Shown here: positions 10,405-22,045 of the stretch, piece after piece
How positions within the stretch are numbered: the stretch's first letter is position 1
Layout of the letters: every line of letters starts with the position of its first letter
Virus record (IMG/VR): IMGVR_UViG_3300027749_000070
Span: 27,247 to 91,246 of that record
Length of the DNA stretch: 64,000 nt
From: a virus
Reading direction: 5' to 3' (one strand)
The notes under the pieces: model-generated
The model's input: only the letters and a program-made list of their open reading frames with translations
Told to the model about the DNA's origin: nothing
Database searches by the model: none
Program-made: the position numbers and the translations under genes

Positions 10405-11979
10405 ATGGAATTTACATATGATCCAAAAACAGAGAAATTAATAGTAGCACAAGCAACAAGAACCGAATATCATCAATTAGATATTTGGCTTACAAGAAAT
10501 CCCAAGGGATATCGTTTCACACCTGCATTTAAAGCGGGGTATTGGGATGGTAAAGATTCAGTTTTTAATGGCGGTAAAATAAATCAAGGGCTATGGAAAG
10601 AATGTCTTAAAGCATGTCAAATAATAAATGCAAAATTCACTATTACAAATAAGGAAGAATTTCCAATTAATAGAAATGTAACATTTGAAAAAGTACAAGA
10701 ATTTTGTAAAGATTTTTTTAAAAACCATAAAGTTAAAAAAGACGGCGAATGGATCCCATTTATGCCTTATGATCACCAAATAGAAACCGCATTTAAAATA
10801 TTAAAGAACCGCTATTGTTTAGCAGAAGTTGCTACGTCAGGTGGTAAATCTTTAATTATTAGTATTGTATATTTTTATACTTTAACACATCTTAATCCGG
10901 ATGCTAAAATGCTTTTAATAGTTCCGTCAATATCATTAGTTACGCAGTTCTTTGATGATATTATAGATTACAATATTGGTCAAAATAAAGATTTAGATGG
11001 AGGTAATCCTAATAAATTAACCTTAAATATCGAAGAAATTATGTCTGATAGACCTAGGAAGCATTCTAATGCCGAAAATCCAAATATTTGTATAGGAACT
11101 TATCAATCTTTAATTAATTATCCTAATGATTTTTTCGAACAATTTCATACTGTAGCATGTGATGAAGCACATACCTGTAAAGCAAAATCGTTAAAAACTA
11201 TTCTAAATAAAACATTTGGACACGCCTATAATAGATATGGCGTATCAGGTACATTTCCAACAGAAGAAACTATGGAAATATTAACCATACAATCTGTTCT
11301 TGGTCCAATTATATCTAATGTAGAAGCAAAAACATTAATTGAAAAAGGTATAATTACACAAATGGATATTAAAGTGCTTATGTTAAATCATAATGATAAA
11401 GAATTTAATGATAAAGTTGCCTATATTAAAAGAGCGGGTGGTGGTAAAGAAGCTTATCTAATTGAGAAAGAATATATTCATCAATCTGATAAAAGATTAG
11501 AGTTTATGAAAAAAATAGTTGAAAAATGTAATAATAATACATTAATCTTATTTCATACAATAGAATATGGACAAAGAATATTAGAAAAAATGTCATCTGA
11601 AATAAAAGATAAAGAATTTTATTATATTGATGGTGAAGTTAATGGCAAAAAACGTGAGGAAATAAAGAAAAATATGGAATTAAATGATGGTAAAGTAAAG
11701 ATACTCGTTGCTTCTTTTGGGACTTTAAGTACAGGCGTTAGCATTAAAAATCTACACAATATTATATTTGCAGATTCTTTCAAATCTGAACAAATGATTA
11801 TACAAAGTGTGGGTCGAGCATTGAGATTATTTGATGGAAAAAAAACAGCAAATATTTTTGATTTAGTTGATATTTTTGAAAAAGATCCTAATAATATTTT
11901 TTACAAGCAATTCTTAGAACGTGAATCCTTCTATGTTAAGAGATCTTATCCTTATAAAATACTTAAAATAAACTTATAA
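10405..11979 (+). CDS. uvsW: SF2 DNA helicase, T4 UvsW-like
   Basis: YDHQ, ATSGGKS, DEAH, GVSGT, STGVSIKNLHNIIFA, QSVGRALR. Confidence 0.9.
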   Translation: MEFTYDPKTEKLIVAQATRTEYHQLDIWLTRNPKGYRFTPAFKAGYWDGKDSVFNGGKINQGLWKECLKACQIINAKFTITNKEEFPINRNVTFEKVQEFCKDFFKNHKVKKDGEWIPFMPYDHQIETAFKILKNRYCLAEVATSGGKSLIISIVYFYTLTHLNPDAKMLLIVPSISLVTQFFDDIIDYNIGQNKDLDGGNPNKLTLNIEEIMSDRPRKHSNAENPNICIGTYQSLINYPNDFFEQFHTVACDEAHTCKAKSLKTILNKTFGHAYNRYGVSGTFPTEETMEILTIQSVLGPIISNVEAKTLIEKGIITQMDIKVLMLNHNDKEFNDKVAYIKRAGGGKEAYLIEKEYIHQSDKRLEFMKKIVEKCNNNTLILFHTIEYGQRILEKMSSEIKDKEFYYIDGEVNGKKREEIKKNMELNDGKVKILVASFGTLSTGVSIKNLHNIIFADSFKSEQMIIQSVGRALRLFDGKKTANIFDLVDIFEKDPNNIFYKQFLERESFYVKRSYPYKILKINL

Positions 11980-12019
11980 GTGTTCCAAACAAAGCAAGTA
12001 GTTTTCGAATATATAATAT

Positions 12020-13669
12020 ATGTTAAAAGATAAATTATTAGTAAATGGAAAATTTGATAGTAGGACAAAAGAAGAATATATTAAAAAACATTATCCTTTA
12101 TATTATCAAGAGATATTAGACTTTGTTATATTATATAAATTTGAAAATTTTGAATGGAAAAGAAAATTATATCATTATATGTATGATATTAAAAATATAC
12201 CTATATGTGTATGTGGTAATGAAATAAATTTTAGAGGTAGAATAGAAAAAATCTATAACGATTTTTGTTCAACAAAATGTTCAGCTATAAATGTTTCAGT
12301 TAAAAGAATGGAAACATTAGAGAAAAATAACATGGAAAAATATGGTGTTAAAAATGTTTTTCAATTAGACTCAGTTAAACAAAAAAGCAAAAATACTTGT
12401 TTAGAAAAATATGGTTTCGATAATCAAAACAAATCAGTTATAATAAAGAATAAAATAAAGGAAACTAATTTAAAAAAATACGGAAGTGAATATTATATGG
12501 GTAGTTTGGATTTTATGGAAAAATCTAAAACAACATGCTTAGAAAAATATGGCAGTACTCATCCTATGAAAAATTTAGATATCAAAGAAAAGTTAAAAAA
12601 TGTATTTATAAAAAAATATGGCACTAATACTATTTCAGAAAATGATAAATTTAGAAAAGATAATTTTTGTATAGCAAAAAATATAAATTATATTAAATAT
12701 ATTGGAAATCGTATTTCTCTATTTAAATGTGATTTAGGAAAAAACCACGAGTTTGAAATATCTAAAAATATTTATATAACTAGAACAAAAGCCAATAATC
12801 CTTTATGCACTATTTGTTATCCTATATCAGAAAATAATTCAATAAAAGAATTAGAACTATTAAGATTTATTCAAGAAAATTATAAAGGTGAAATTTTACC
12901 TGGGTGGAGAGGTCAACTAGAAATAGATATTTATTTACCCGAATTAAATATAGGATTCGAATTTAATGGACTTTACTGGCATTCAGAAGAATATAAAAAA
13001 AATAATTACCACTTAGATAAAACATTATTTTTTAAAGATAAAGGCATAAAGATTATACACATATGGGAGGATGATTGGGATAACAAGAAAGATATAATAA
13101 AAAGCCAAATTATAAATTATTTAGGATTAACAGAAACGAAAATATTCGCTAGAAAATGTCAAATTAGAGAAATTATAGATTCGTCTAATTTTTTAGATAC
13201 TAATCATATTCAAGGAAATGCTAAATCTGTTATTAAATTAGGGTTATTTTATAATAATGAGTTAGTTTCTGTTATGTCATTTGATAATTTTGAAGGTAGA
13301 AAGAAGATGGAACAAAGTGGATGGAATTTAAGCAGATTTTGTAATAAAATAAATTATAATGTTATTGGTGGTGCAAGTAAATTATTAAATTATTTTATTA
13401 AAACTTATACCCCATCGAGAATAATTAGTTATGCTGATCGTAGTTGGTCTGAAGGGAATTTGTACTACCAATTAGGATTTAAATTGGTAAACGAAAGTAA
13501 ACCAGATTATAAATATATCGTTAATAACGTTAGAGAAAATAAAACAAAATATAAAAAATCTAAATTAATTAAAAACGGATTTATAGGCACAGAAAAAGAA
13601 ATAACAGAAAATCTTGGTTATAAGAGAATATACGATTGTGGTAAAATTAAATTTGAATATATCTTATAA
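12020..13669 (+). mobile_element. Hef-like free-standing homing endonuclease
   Basis: Repeated EKYG segments; EIDIY..GFEFNGLYWHS, IHIWED, FARKC, ISYADRSWSEG..Y..LGF, IYDCG. Confidence 0.8.
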
Positions 13670-13692
13670 ATTATTGAAAATAAATTTATAAA

Positions 13693-13719
13693 AAAAGACG
13701 GTGTTTAACACCGTCTTTT
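13693..13719. terminator. Bidirectional intrinsic terminator
   Basis: AAAAGACGGTGTT-T-AACACCGTCTTTT between convergent genes. Confidence 0.8.
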
Positions 13720-13749
13720 ATTATAAATAAAACAAATAGTCAATTATAT

Positions 13750-15141
13750 CTAAGCTCTATCTTTAAGTGACTGTAAATCATCTAATCTTTTTTGATTATC
13801 TTCTATTTGTTTTTGCAAATCTTTTATCTTAGCGTTTTCTGTTGATAACTCATTTGTATAAGCGGTTTCTGCTTCAGCGTCTGTCTTTGTTGTATCCACC
13901 ATATAATTTGTTTTAAATTCTATTTTACCAGCTGGTGTATTTAAGCTATTATATTTTGTATTTAGTTCATTAAGTTGCACAGTTTGTTTTTTCATTTCTA
14001 CCACTATATTACTTGTACCATTAATTGAACTAGCAAATGCACCTGTTGCTTGCTCTGGATCTCCATTAGCGTTATTTTCTGTATTATTAGTTGTTGTTGC
14101 TACTGAACTTATATTAGCTAACTGATCTGTAAAAAGTTTTACAGATTCACCTAATACGACTTTTAATCCTATTAAAATAGCACCAGCTGGTCCAAGTGCA
14201 ACTAAATCTAAAGCTAATACTGCGGCATCTAAAGCTACAATACATTCAGCCATTACATTTAAAAACTGTAAAAGTGGATTGATAAGATATTTATACAATG
14301 CAATTAAAACTTCATCAGGTAATACAAAATGTATTTTTGGAATTGGCGGAACACTTACTTTAACTGGAACTTTTATTGGTGGTGCGCCATTAATAGCAGG
14401 CGTTTTTACTTTTGGTGCGGTAACTTCCGCGATCGCACTACCAACAAGTCCAGTAGTAATCTCATTTAGAGATGTTAAAACATGAACTGCAGCCAAGGAA
14501 TCTTTTAATATTGTATTTAATAGATGTGAGGTATTATGCAATGTTAATGCTATATGTGCGGCACTAAAAGGATTAGCAACAAATAAAGGTGCTGGCGGAA
14601 TTGCAATTTGTGGAGTGACAACAGCGGTCATACCATTTATAGCTTGTGTAACTGCTTTTGGGACTTTATCAATCATTTGTTTTACACCACTTTCTATTTG
14701 TCTTATTTCTCGTCTTATTTCTTTTTTTAAATCATTTATAGTATCTTTAATCATTTGCCTTATATCCATAGGCTCATAATCACCACCATAATATACCATA
14801 TCTTCTGTCTCGGTTAAATATGCGGTATATCCAGGATTAGGTTGCTTAACGTATTCACCGTCAGTAAAAATATAGATATTATCAGCCTCTAAATCTTGTC
14901 CCCATAACATTAAATTTAATTCCCTATCAGTTAATTGTGGATTGGTGTTATATGATAATATTTTTTTAGCAACTTGCCTATGCGATAGCATATTTAGATC
15001 CATAAACTTTAATAAACCAACAACTTCACCATCAAACATATTGACTATTTTATCAAGAGCCATAGTTTTTAAAATAGCATCTGTATTCTTATCTGCTAAA
15101 TCAGTTTGTTTTTTAAGTTCTTTTTTAGATTTTTCTGACAT
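13750..15141 (-). CDS. Hypothetical virion / baseplate-associated protein
   Basis: Directly downstream of the gp5-like gene; hydrophobic helical middle, coiled-coil C-terminus. Confidence 0.55.
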   Translation of the reverse strand: MSEKSKKELKKQTDLADKNTDAILKTMALDKIVNMFDGEVVGLLKFMDLNMLSHRQVAKKILSYNTNPQLTDRELNLMLWGQDLEADNIYIFTDGEYVKQPNPGYTAYLTETEDMVYYGGDYEPMDIRQMIKDTINDLKKEIRREIRQIESGVKQMIDKVPKAVTQAINGMTAVVTPQIAIPPAPLFVANPFSAAHIALTLHNTSHLLNTILKDSLAAVHVLTSLNEITTGLVGSAIAEVTAPKVKTPAINGAPPIKVPVKVSVPPIPKIHFVLPDEVLIALYKYLINPLLQFLNVMAECIVALDAAVLALDLVALGPAGAILIGLKVVLGESVKLFTDQLANISSVATTTNNTENNANGDPEQATGAFASSINGTSNIVVEMKKQTVQLNELNTKYNSLNTPAGKIEFKTNYMVDTTKTDAEAETAYTNELSTENAKIKDLQKQIEDNQKRLDDLQSLKDRA

Positions 15142-15167
15142 AATTTAATTAAGTTTGATTATATATT

Positions 15168-16655
15168 TTAAACATATGTACCTCCTGAACTCTTGATATT
15201 ATTAATATCTGCTTGTGTGAAATCTCCTTGATATGCTTTGGATATTGGATTTTCAGTTAAAGGATTTTTCGTTTTGTATTCAGGATGATATTCCCAATGC
15301 CACCATTCATCTGTTCCAGAATTATCTCTTAATTTAGCTGGATTAACCCATCCATATCTCCAACCATTATTTAAAAACCAAATATAATTTGGATGTTTAT
15401 AACCAGAAGGTCTTTTATTATTATCTTTAAACATAATAGTTCTTACACCCCAATACATATCGACAGCAATTCCCCATCCATGATTAGATTTACCAGGAGT
15501 TGCAGCTCTACCAGCACCGTATTTAGAATACAATGCTTGTTGCCTCACATAACTTCTATAACCGTCAGTAAATACAATTTTTTGTTTACCAGTAAATGTG
15601 GCGGCATTAAAAGCTGCTAACATCAAATCTAATGCATCAGAAGCCTCTGATAATAAATACGAAGAATCACCATCTAAATTTTTAGATAGATTACGATTTA
15701 GTTTCATTTTAGTAATAGGTATTTGACCATTACTAAAACCATTTACGCCGGATATAGTCTGCGGTGAACCAGTTTGCTGCTCAGTAGCAGCCTCACTTGT
15801 TATAGTGTTAGCAAAATTATCATTAGGTACAGAATTACCTTTAGTAACTGGTCTACCAGTTTCAGGTCTAACCGTTGGTGTATAAGGAGGATTAGAAATA
15901 GATGTTAAATCATTTGAAACTGTTGTTGATTTCCAATTATCACCTTGTTGATTAATATATTCTCTAGATTGTTCCAAAACTTCATCATTATTAACTAACC
16001 AAACATTATTTGATAAAAACTTTGGTGTTCTAGAAGATTTATACTCAACCAATATATCTATCAAGGCAGGTGTGCAACTAACAGGTGAACTACCTGATAC
16101 AAGTGCAGTATTTGATTTTAAACAATCAATTAGCTTGTCTAACCATTCCATATATGCTGTTCCAAGAATTGCTGCTTGTGCCGCATCTGGTGAGCCTATA
16201 TTTACTTTTGAATCATTATCTCTTGCATTAAGATTTATATTACCATTTGAATCTAAGTTAATGTTTGAATACTCATGATCTATTTTTAAACCTTCGCTAG
16301 TAGTTCTATAAACCTGTGTTGATTGATCAAAATGAATAGCTTTAAAACTCGCATAATCATCATCTGATAATGAATTTAATTTGGTTTCTAAATTTATATT
16401 ATAATGTTCGGCGTAAATAAATTCAGGTTTATAAATAGTGCCACTATTAAATATAACACCAACTACTTTACCAACTTCGGGAGCATTAAAAGTATTTCCA
16501 TTAACATCTTTATAAGGCATAGCCCATGGTATATCAGCGGTAGGTATGTTATCAAAAATAGTTTGAACTCTAACTTTAACTCTACCTAAATGTTTTGGGT
16601 CTTTATTATCCTCAACAACACCAACATATAAATCATTACCTATTCTTGTTATCAT
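15168..16655 (-). CDS. Baseplate hub/spike (gp5-like OB fold) fused to an M15 Zn peptidase
   Basis: GVVEDNKDPKHLGRVKVRV...IPWAMP; C-terminal GYRS..Q..LY, SNHGWGIAVD, EWWH. Confidence 0.85.
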   Translation of the reverse strand: MITRIGNDLYVGVVEDNKDPKHLGRVKVRVQTIFDNIPTADIPWAMPYKDVNGNTFNAPEVGKVVGVIFNSGTIYKPEFIYAEHYNINLETKLNSLSDDDYASFKAIHFDQSTQVYRTTSEGLKIDHEYSNINLDSNGNINLNARDNDSKVNIGSPDAAQAAILGTAYMEWLDKLIDCLKSNTALVSGSSPVSCTPALIDILVEYKSSRTPKFLSNNVWLVNNDEVLEQSREYINQQGDNWKSTTVSNDLTSISNPPYTPTVRPETGRPVTKGNSVPNDNFANTITSEAATEQQTGSPQTISGVNGFSNGQIPITKMKLNRNLSKNLDGDSSYLLSEASDALDLMLAAFNAATFTGKQKIVFTDGYRSYVRQQALYSKYGAGRAATPGKSNHGWGIAVDMYWGVRTIMFKDNNKRPSGYKHPNYIWFLNNGWRYGWVNPAKLRDNSGTDEWWHWEYHPEYKTKNPLTENPISKAYQGDFTQADINNIKSSGGTYV

Positions 16656-16658
16656 CTA

Positions 16659-18575
16659 TTATCTTATTAAGTGATTTTTTATCCAATCAGCTAAATCATA
16701 TTGCCAGCCGTCTGCCCCAAATTCTTCATTATAAGAACCAAGAACTCTAGTAGTTGGTGTTACGAAATTATTCAATGAACTTTCAGCTTCATTTGTTGTC
16801 CAATCTTTCAAATCATATTCCCAACCATCTGGTCCAAAAGTTTCATTATAATGTCCAAGAATTTTAGTAGTTGGCGTTATTTGTTTTATTCTGTTAGTAG
16901 GTAAGTTAGCATATATCCAACCATCAGTAGCAAATTTACCACTATAGTTTCCAAAAGTGGTAGTACTGAGTGCTACTTCAAATGGTTGATGATTAAGTAA
17001 ATAAGCAGAGGTGCTATATTGGAAACCATCACTTACACTACCATTTCTATCAGTTAAAGAAGCAAAATTATAATTACCTTCAATTTTAGTAGTTATATTA
17101 CTACCAGCATTACCCAAAGCTGCACTTAAAGTATTATTAAAACTATTTAAAGTCTTATTCAAATAATAAGCAGCTTTGTTATAAGTATAACCGTCATCTG
17201 TAAATCCAGATAATATACTACCAAGTAATATACCACCTAAATTAGAAAGAGACATACCATATTGAGCTGATAGATTATCAAGAGTTTTTTTAAGTAATTT
17301 ATCTCTTAAATTGACTTTTATACCTGAATTTGAACCATAATGGATAGATTGAAGTGGATTTAAGTCATATGTAGCTACATTAGCAGTAATTGTAGAACCA
17401 ATAGTCGCATTTTGTGTCTCAGCGGAATCTACATAGGTTAAGTCATATACTCTTGTAGAATTGCTTGTTAAATTAAAAGATCCATTATTTAAAAATGCGC
17501 TATCTTTAATTTGTGAAACAATTGCATTATTAAAATCATAAGTTTTTAGCCACTCAAATTTTAAAGTAGAAAATTTAAAATTTATCTTCAAGTCAAATCC
17601 AGCTGATATATCCAATGCTGACATATCAATAGCATCATCATGTGATAATTTTTCAAAGAAAAATTGGCACTCATATACTTTATAAACATATCTAGATATT
17701 AAATCTGCATATTCAATAATATTTCCATTATCATTGTAAAGTCTGGTATATTTTCTTGCTTCGGTAACAACTATATCCATATCAAACCTTAATAGATTAT
17801 CAGGAAACATTTTTTTACCATTAATTCTTGACCAAGTCAATATTCTATAAATAGAAGCTAAATAACCCATATTTATATTAACATCTTCATTTAATGTTAA
17901 TGTTAAATAATCATTGCCATAATCAACAAATTGTTTTGGTTTATCCGAATTAATAGTTTCAGATAAAGAATCTAAACCACTAATTTTTTTCAAATAATAT
18001 GTCCTAGCTAAACGTTGATTATTATAACCAAGTGAACCAGGTGAGTCTACTTTAAAAAATTTAAATAATTGTTCTTTAAATTGTTTAACTAAATCCATTC
18101 TAGAGCCTAATTCAACATAACTTTTTCCAAACATATCAATAAACTCTTCTATACCACCATTAAATAAAGGCGATGTTGCGTAATTTATTATAATATCATA
18201 TCCAAAACTAACAGGATCCTCATTATCACTAGGTGTGTTTTGAAAGTTAGATAGTGATCTATAAGGATATGATGCATTGCTATCCTCTAAAAAGTGTCTA
18301 AATAACCATTCGTTTAAATTATCACGATTTAAATAATCATTATGAATATCTTTTAAAATAGACTTTATACCGCTACCAGTGCCATCACTAGTTAACTTAC
18401 CAATTAATTCACTAACACTTACATCAAGTGGTTGAAGCATTAATCCAGTGTATTGTGTTCCACCTAAATTGAGTTCACTATCAAATTGATTTGTAAAATA
18501 ATTTTTATTACTGACACCAAATGCAGCATCGATAGTACTAGTTAGAGAATTAGATAATGTATTTAGTAAGCTCAT
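16659..18575 (-). CDS. Putative baseplate / tail-tube-associated structural protein
   Basis: In the baseplate module with a late motif upstream; C-terminal DG[WFY]xY repeats. Confidence 0.55.
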   Translation of the reverse strand: MSLLNTLSNSLTSTIDAAFGVSNKNYFTNQFDSELNLGGTQYTGLMLQPLDVSVSELIGKLTSDGTGSGIKSILKDIHNDYLNRDNLNEWLFRHFLEDSNASYPYRSLSNFQNTPSDNEDPVSFGYDIIINYATSPLFNGGIEEFIDMFGKSYVELGSRMDLVKQFKEQLFKFFKVDSPGSLGYNNQRLARTYYLKKISGLDSLSETINSDKPKQFVDYGNDYLTLTLNEDVNINMGYLASIYRILTWSRINGKKMFPDNLLRFDMDIVVTEARKYTRLYNDNGNIIEYADLISRYVYKVYECQFFFEKLSHDDAIDMSALDISAGFDLKINFKFSTLKFEWLKTYDFNNAIVSQIKDSAFLNNGSFNLTSNSTRVYDLTYVDSAETQNATIGSTITANVATYDLNPLQSIHYGSNSGIKVNLRDKLLKKTLDNLSAQYGMSLSNLGGILLGSILSGFTDDGYTYNKAAYYLNKTLNSFNNTLSAALGNAGSNITTKIEGNYNFASLTDRNGSVSDGFQYSTSAYLLNHQPFEVALSTTTFGNYSGKFATDGWIYANLPTNRIKQITPTTKILGHYNETFGPDGWEYDLKDWTTNEAESSLNNFVTPTTRVLGSYNEEFGADGWQYDLADWIKNHLIR

Positions 18576-18601
18576 AAATTATATATTAAACAATTGGTTG
18601 T

Positions 18602-20725
18602 TTAAATGAAATATTTTCTCATCTCATTCCAATTATTGATTTTATCTTTATAACCATTATATCCATTTATTGCTAAACAAATAGGTGTAAAGTTACTCAG
18701 ATTATTATTATTTATAGTTTTAGAAAAATTATCGTCTAATTTATAACCATAACCAAGTTCGGCAGCACTCGAATCTTTATTAGGTACAGTATAGAGTCCA
18801 TAAGTAGTAGATTGATTAATATCCATTTTGTCCGCGTAATCATTTAAATTACCCCAAGTGGAAAGTTTTAAATAATAAATTAAACTAACCTCTATACAAT
18901 TATTTAACTGCTCCACCGTATCACTACCTAAAATATGCGTTTTATTGTCCGCAGCCACTAAATTTGGATTATTAACAAAATCTTTATTCATCAATTGTCC
19001 GGCAGTTGTATATTTATTTTTTCCTAAAATTTTAATTAAGCCTCTACCAATATATTTTGGCCCATCTCCATCTACATTTCCTAAATCTGCTCTATTATTA
19101 TATTGTATACCAGAAGTTATCTCTTCGACTTCTTGTAAAAAGTTAGATTCTATATTTACTTGTGATAAAAAAGTAACAATACGAACTGGAGTATCCATTT
19201 GATACCTCTTTAATAAAGCAACCATAGATTCATACATCAATTCAATAACTTTTGGATTAATTTTTCCATTATAAATTAATCTCCATATTTGTTTACTTAA
19301 AATAAAATTATCAGGTGGAGCAGTAGCAACACTTGTAACACTTGAAGTACCAGGAATTGGTGGATTACTACGCTCTACTAACATAACTTGATCTGTGTTA
19401 GTAACAGTGTTTGGTAAATCTGGATGATTTATTGGTGGTTCATTTTCCAATTCATCTGGTGATAATTCCAATTCTCTTTTAATTAGTTTAATTTTTTGAA
19501 CATATCTACGTTCAGAGTATTCAAAAGATATATCAACAATTAACCAATCACCAGTTAACCGATTATTAATTAAATCAGATGATGGAGTTGAAGTTTGATT
19601 TGATACAAATACTTTTATTTTTTGATATCTATAAACAGCATAATTTGGATTTCGCATAGTGATTTCCAATACTATTTTTTGCATATCAAAAAGGTTTTTA
19701 TCATTTTGAATCGTAGCAAAGTTATAATTATTATGGCAATTATCCGAATCAAATTTACCTAAATAATAATAATTAGTATTTAAATCATAGAATCCATCAT
19801 CTTGTGGTTGTGATTTTAAAATTATTTTATCTTGATTTTTATCTGTTATAGAATGCACATCAAAAACTAAAAAATCTTTTTTTAGTTCATCATAGTATTT
19901 TACCGTATTTTTATATCCAGATTGCAATGATATATTAGTTGAATTATTTATTATTTTATAAGCTTGGAAATAATTATTATTATCAAACATAGAATAATCA
20001 TTTGTTAATAACAAACTTTGTACACTTTCCGTACTTATTGTTTTCATTGCTTCACCTAATGATTTATCAGTAACTCCCAATTGATCATCAATATTTCTAT
20101 CTAATTCTTTTGCAATATCCACATAGTTAAGATTATAATAATAATCTATAAAATATGTTAAAAACGATGAATCTGATTTATAAGCTGCCTCAACTATCTC
20201 GTCAATAAAATCATAAACATAATTACCACAATTTATCCAAGTCATTGCATCATCGGTATTATCAATATTAGTATTAAATCCAAGACCACATTCTTTACAT
20301 ATTTTCTGTAACGCTTCATAAGAAGTCATATTAGAATAAGAGCTATACTGACTTACAAGTAATGGACTAACATCTAAAACACCACTTATATTATATACAC
20401 CACCATCTACCGAAAAATTAATTATTTTAAATTGTATTAAAATTTCTTTTAGTTGATCTGATTTTGGATTAATAAATACTTTAATTTTAGAATCATCTAA
20501 AGGCATGCCTTTATCTTTCATCAAATTTAAAGTATCATAGAAAGATATACTCAAATACGGCATACCGCCCTTATAATATAACCTAAAAGTACTAATATTT
20601 TGAACATCTATTTGATAAGAACCATAATAAATAAAGGGTATATTACCTAAATTGCTAGCCACTTCCTGTTTATAAGGCGTAGGGTCAGTATTTAAAATAG
20701 GAGTTGAATTTTGATTTGGATCCAT
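18602..20725 (-). CDS. Baseplate hub (gp27-like) fused to a GH19 lysozyme/chitinase-like domain
   Basis: Hub-like N-terminal part; C-terminal FLSQVNIES, RADLGN..GDG.KYIGRGLI, AINGYNG. Confidence 0.7.
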   Translation of the reverse strand: MDPNQNSTPILNTDPTPYKQEVASNLGNIPFIYYGSYQIDVQNISTFRLYYKGGMPYLSISFYDTLNLMKDKGMPLDDSKIKVFINPKSDQLKEILIQFKIINFSVDGGVYNISGVLDVSPLLVSQYSSYSNMTSYEALQKICKECGLGFNTNIDNTDDAMTWINCGNYVYDFIDEIVEAAYKSDSSFLTYFIDYYYNLNYVDIAKELDRNIDDQLGVTDKSLGEAMKTISTESVQSLLLTNDYSMFDNNNYFQAYKIINNSTNISLQSGYKNTVKYYDELKKDFLVFDVHSITDKNQDKIILKSQPQDDGFYDLNTNYYYLGKFDSDNCHNNYNFATIQNDKNLFDMQKIVLEITMRNPNYAVYRYQKIKVFVSNQTSTPSSDLINNRLTGDWLIVDISFEYSERRYVQKIKLIKRELELSPDELENEPPINHPDLPNTVTNTDQVMLVERSNPPIPGTSSVTSVATAPPDNFILSKQIWRLIYNGKINPKVIELMYESMVALLKRYQMDTPVRIVTFLSQVNIESNFLQEVEEITSGIQYNNRADLGNVDGDGPKYIGRGLIKILGKNKYTTAGQLMNKDFVNNPNLVAADNKTHILGSDTVEQLNNCIEVSLIYYLKLSTWGNLNDYADKMDINQSTTYGLYTVPNKDSSAAELGYGYKLDDNFSKTINNNNLSNFTPICLAINGYNGYKDKINNWNEMRKYFI

Positions 20726-20766
20726 ATAAAATATATTTTATTATATATAAATTGTATACCTTTTTA

Positions 20767-21981
20767 TCAAGACATATCAAAAGATATTGGACTTGGTTTT
20801 ATTGTAGGTCCAAAAATATTAGTCATTGAAGACACTTGACCTGTAGTTGCTATTTGGGTAGTTGGGTCTTGCCCAGTTCTCTCTAATCTACTTGTTTCTT
20901 GTGTTGGTATAGTAGTAGTTGCCACAAGTGGTGTCATTGGTGTTGAGTTAGGACCATAACCATTTATTAAATTAAGTTGTACTATAACACGTTCATAAAA
21001 AAGTTTCGCATAAGCACCTTTACTACCAGAACCAGATACTTTACCACCCATATTTAATATACGACTTTGCAAAGCAGAAGGTGATGAAGAAGCATTTATT
21101 TCATTATAATTACCACTATTTTTGTTATGAGTATATACAGCATAGTTAGCCACTGTATAATTTGTTCTCAAAAACAAAGTGTCCCATTGAGCATTTGTTG
21201 ACATGGTTAAAATTTTATCCTCATTATTACCATATGCTTTCCATTGTTTTTGAATTTCTAAAATAGAATTATCATTACCTGTATAACTTAAAATAAATTT
21301 AATTAAACCTTTATAATTTGGTCTACTTGTAGTTTGTATCAATCCTCTACCTCTAAATTTAAAGAAGTCTGCTTCAATTAAAAATCCATTTGATTTGCCA
21401 TTAGAAGAAGTTTCATCTTCTAAATTTAGTCCAGAAAATCCTAATGGGAAAGTATTTGTTTGCCAACTTGTATTAGTAGTATTTTTTAAAATATTTGCCA
21501 ATCCTTTAGTGCCATGTGCTACAATATAATCACTATCATGAAAACACTTATACGCAGAATAATTACCAGAAAGTGTATTATATGATCTTTTAGAACCACT
21601 ATTTGTTCCATATTCATAAACAATGCCTGGACTAACTTTATTACTTGAGCTATTTATAGTCTCAGAGACAGGCTTAAAAGAACCACCAGTTTCATTTGTC
21701 ATTATTGAATTCATGCAAATAAATTCAACTAAATTAATAGAATTTCTACCAAAAATTAAAGGCAAATTTGACCAAATAATTTCCCAAGTTGTCTTATTAA
21801 TAGAGTAATCTTTAGATTTACCATTTTCATTTTTTTGCCAAGGTGAGGTTTTTGATATATTACTATTAAACCACTCAGCAAATCCAGCAAATCCAAATTT
21901 ACGAAAAAAATTATCTATATCTACATTTGAAGTAAATGTCTGTGAATTAAAATTACCATATTGTGAATTATCTTGACTCAT
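20767..21981 (-). CDS. GH19-like (lysozyme superfamily) protein
   Basis: MTNETGG (candidate catalytic E) and FRGRGLIQTTSRPNY. Confidence 0.65.
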   Translation of the reverse strand: MSQDNSQYGNFNSQTFTSNVDIDNFFRKFGFAGFAEWFNSNISKTSPWQKNENGKSKDYSINKTTWEIIWSNLPLIFGRNSINLVEFICMNSIMTNETGGSFKPVSETINSSSNKVSPGIVYEYGTNSGSKRSYNTLSGNYSAYKCFHDSDYIVAHGTKGLANILKNTTNTSWQTNTFPLGFSGLNLEDETSSNGKSNGFLIEADFFKFRGRGLIQTTSRPNYKGLIKFILSYTGNDNSILEIQKQWKAYGNNEDKILTMSTNAQWDTLFLRTNYTVANYAVYTHNKNSGNYNEINASSSPSALQSRILNMGGKVSGSGSKGAYAKLFYERVIVQLNLINGYGPNSTPMTPLVATTTIPTQETSRLERTGQDPTTQIATTGQVSSMTNIFGPTIKPSPISFDMS

Positions 21982-22045
21982 TTATTATTTCATTCATTTT
22001 TTCTAATATATCTTCATTATATTTTATAATATAAAGTGGTAAAAT

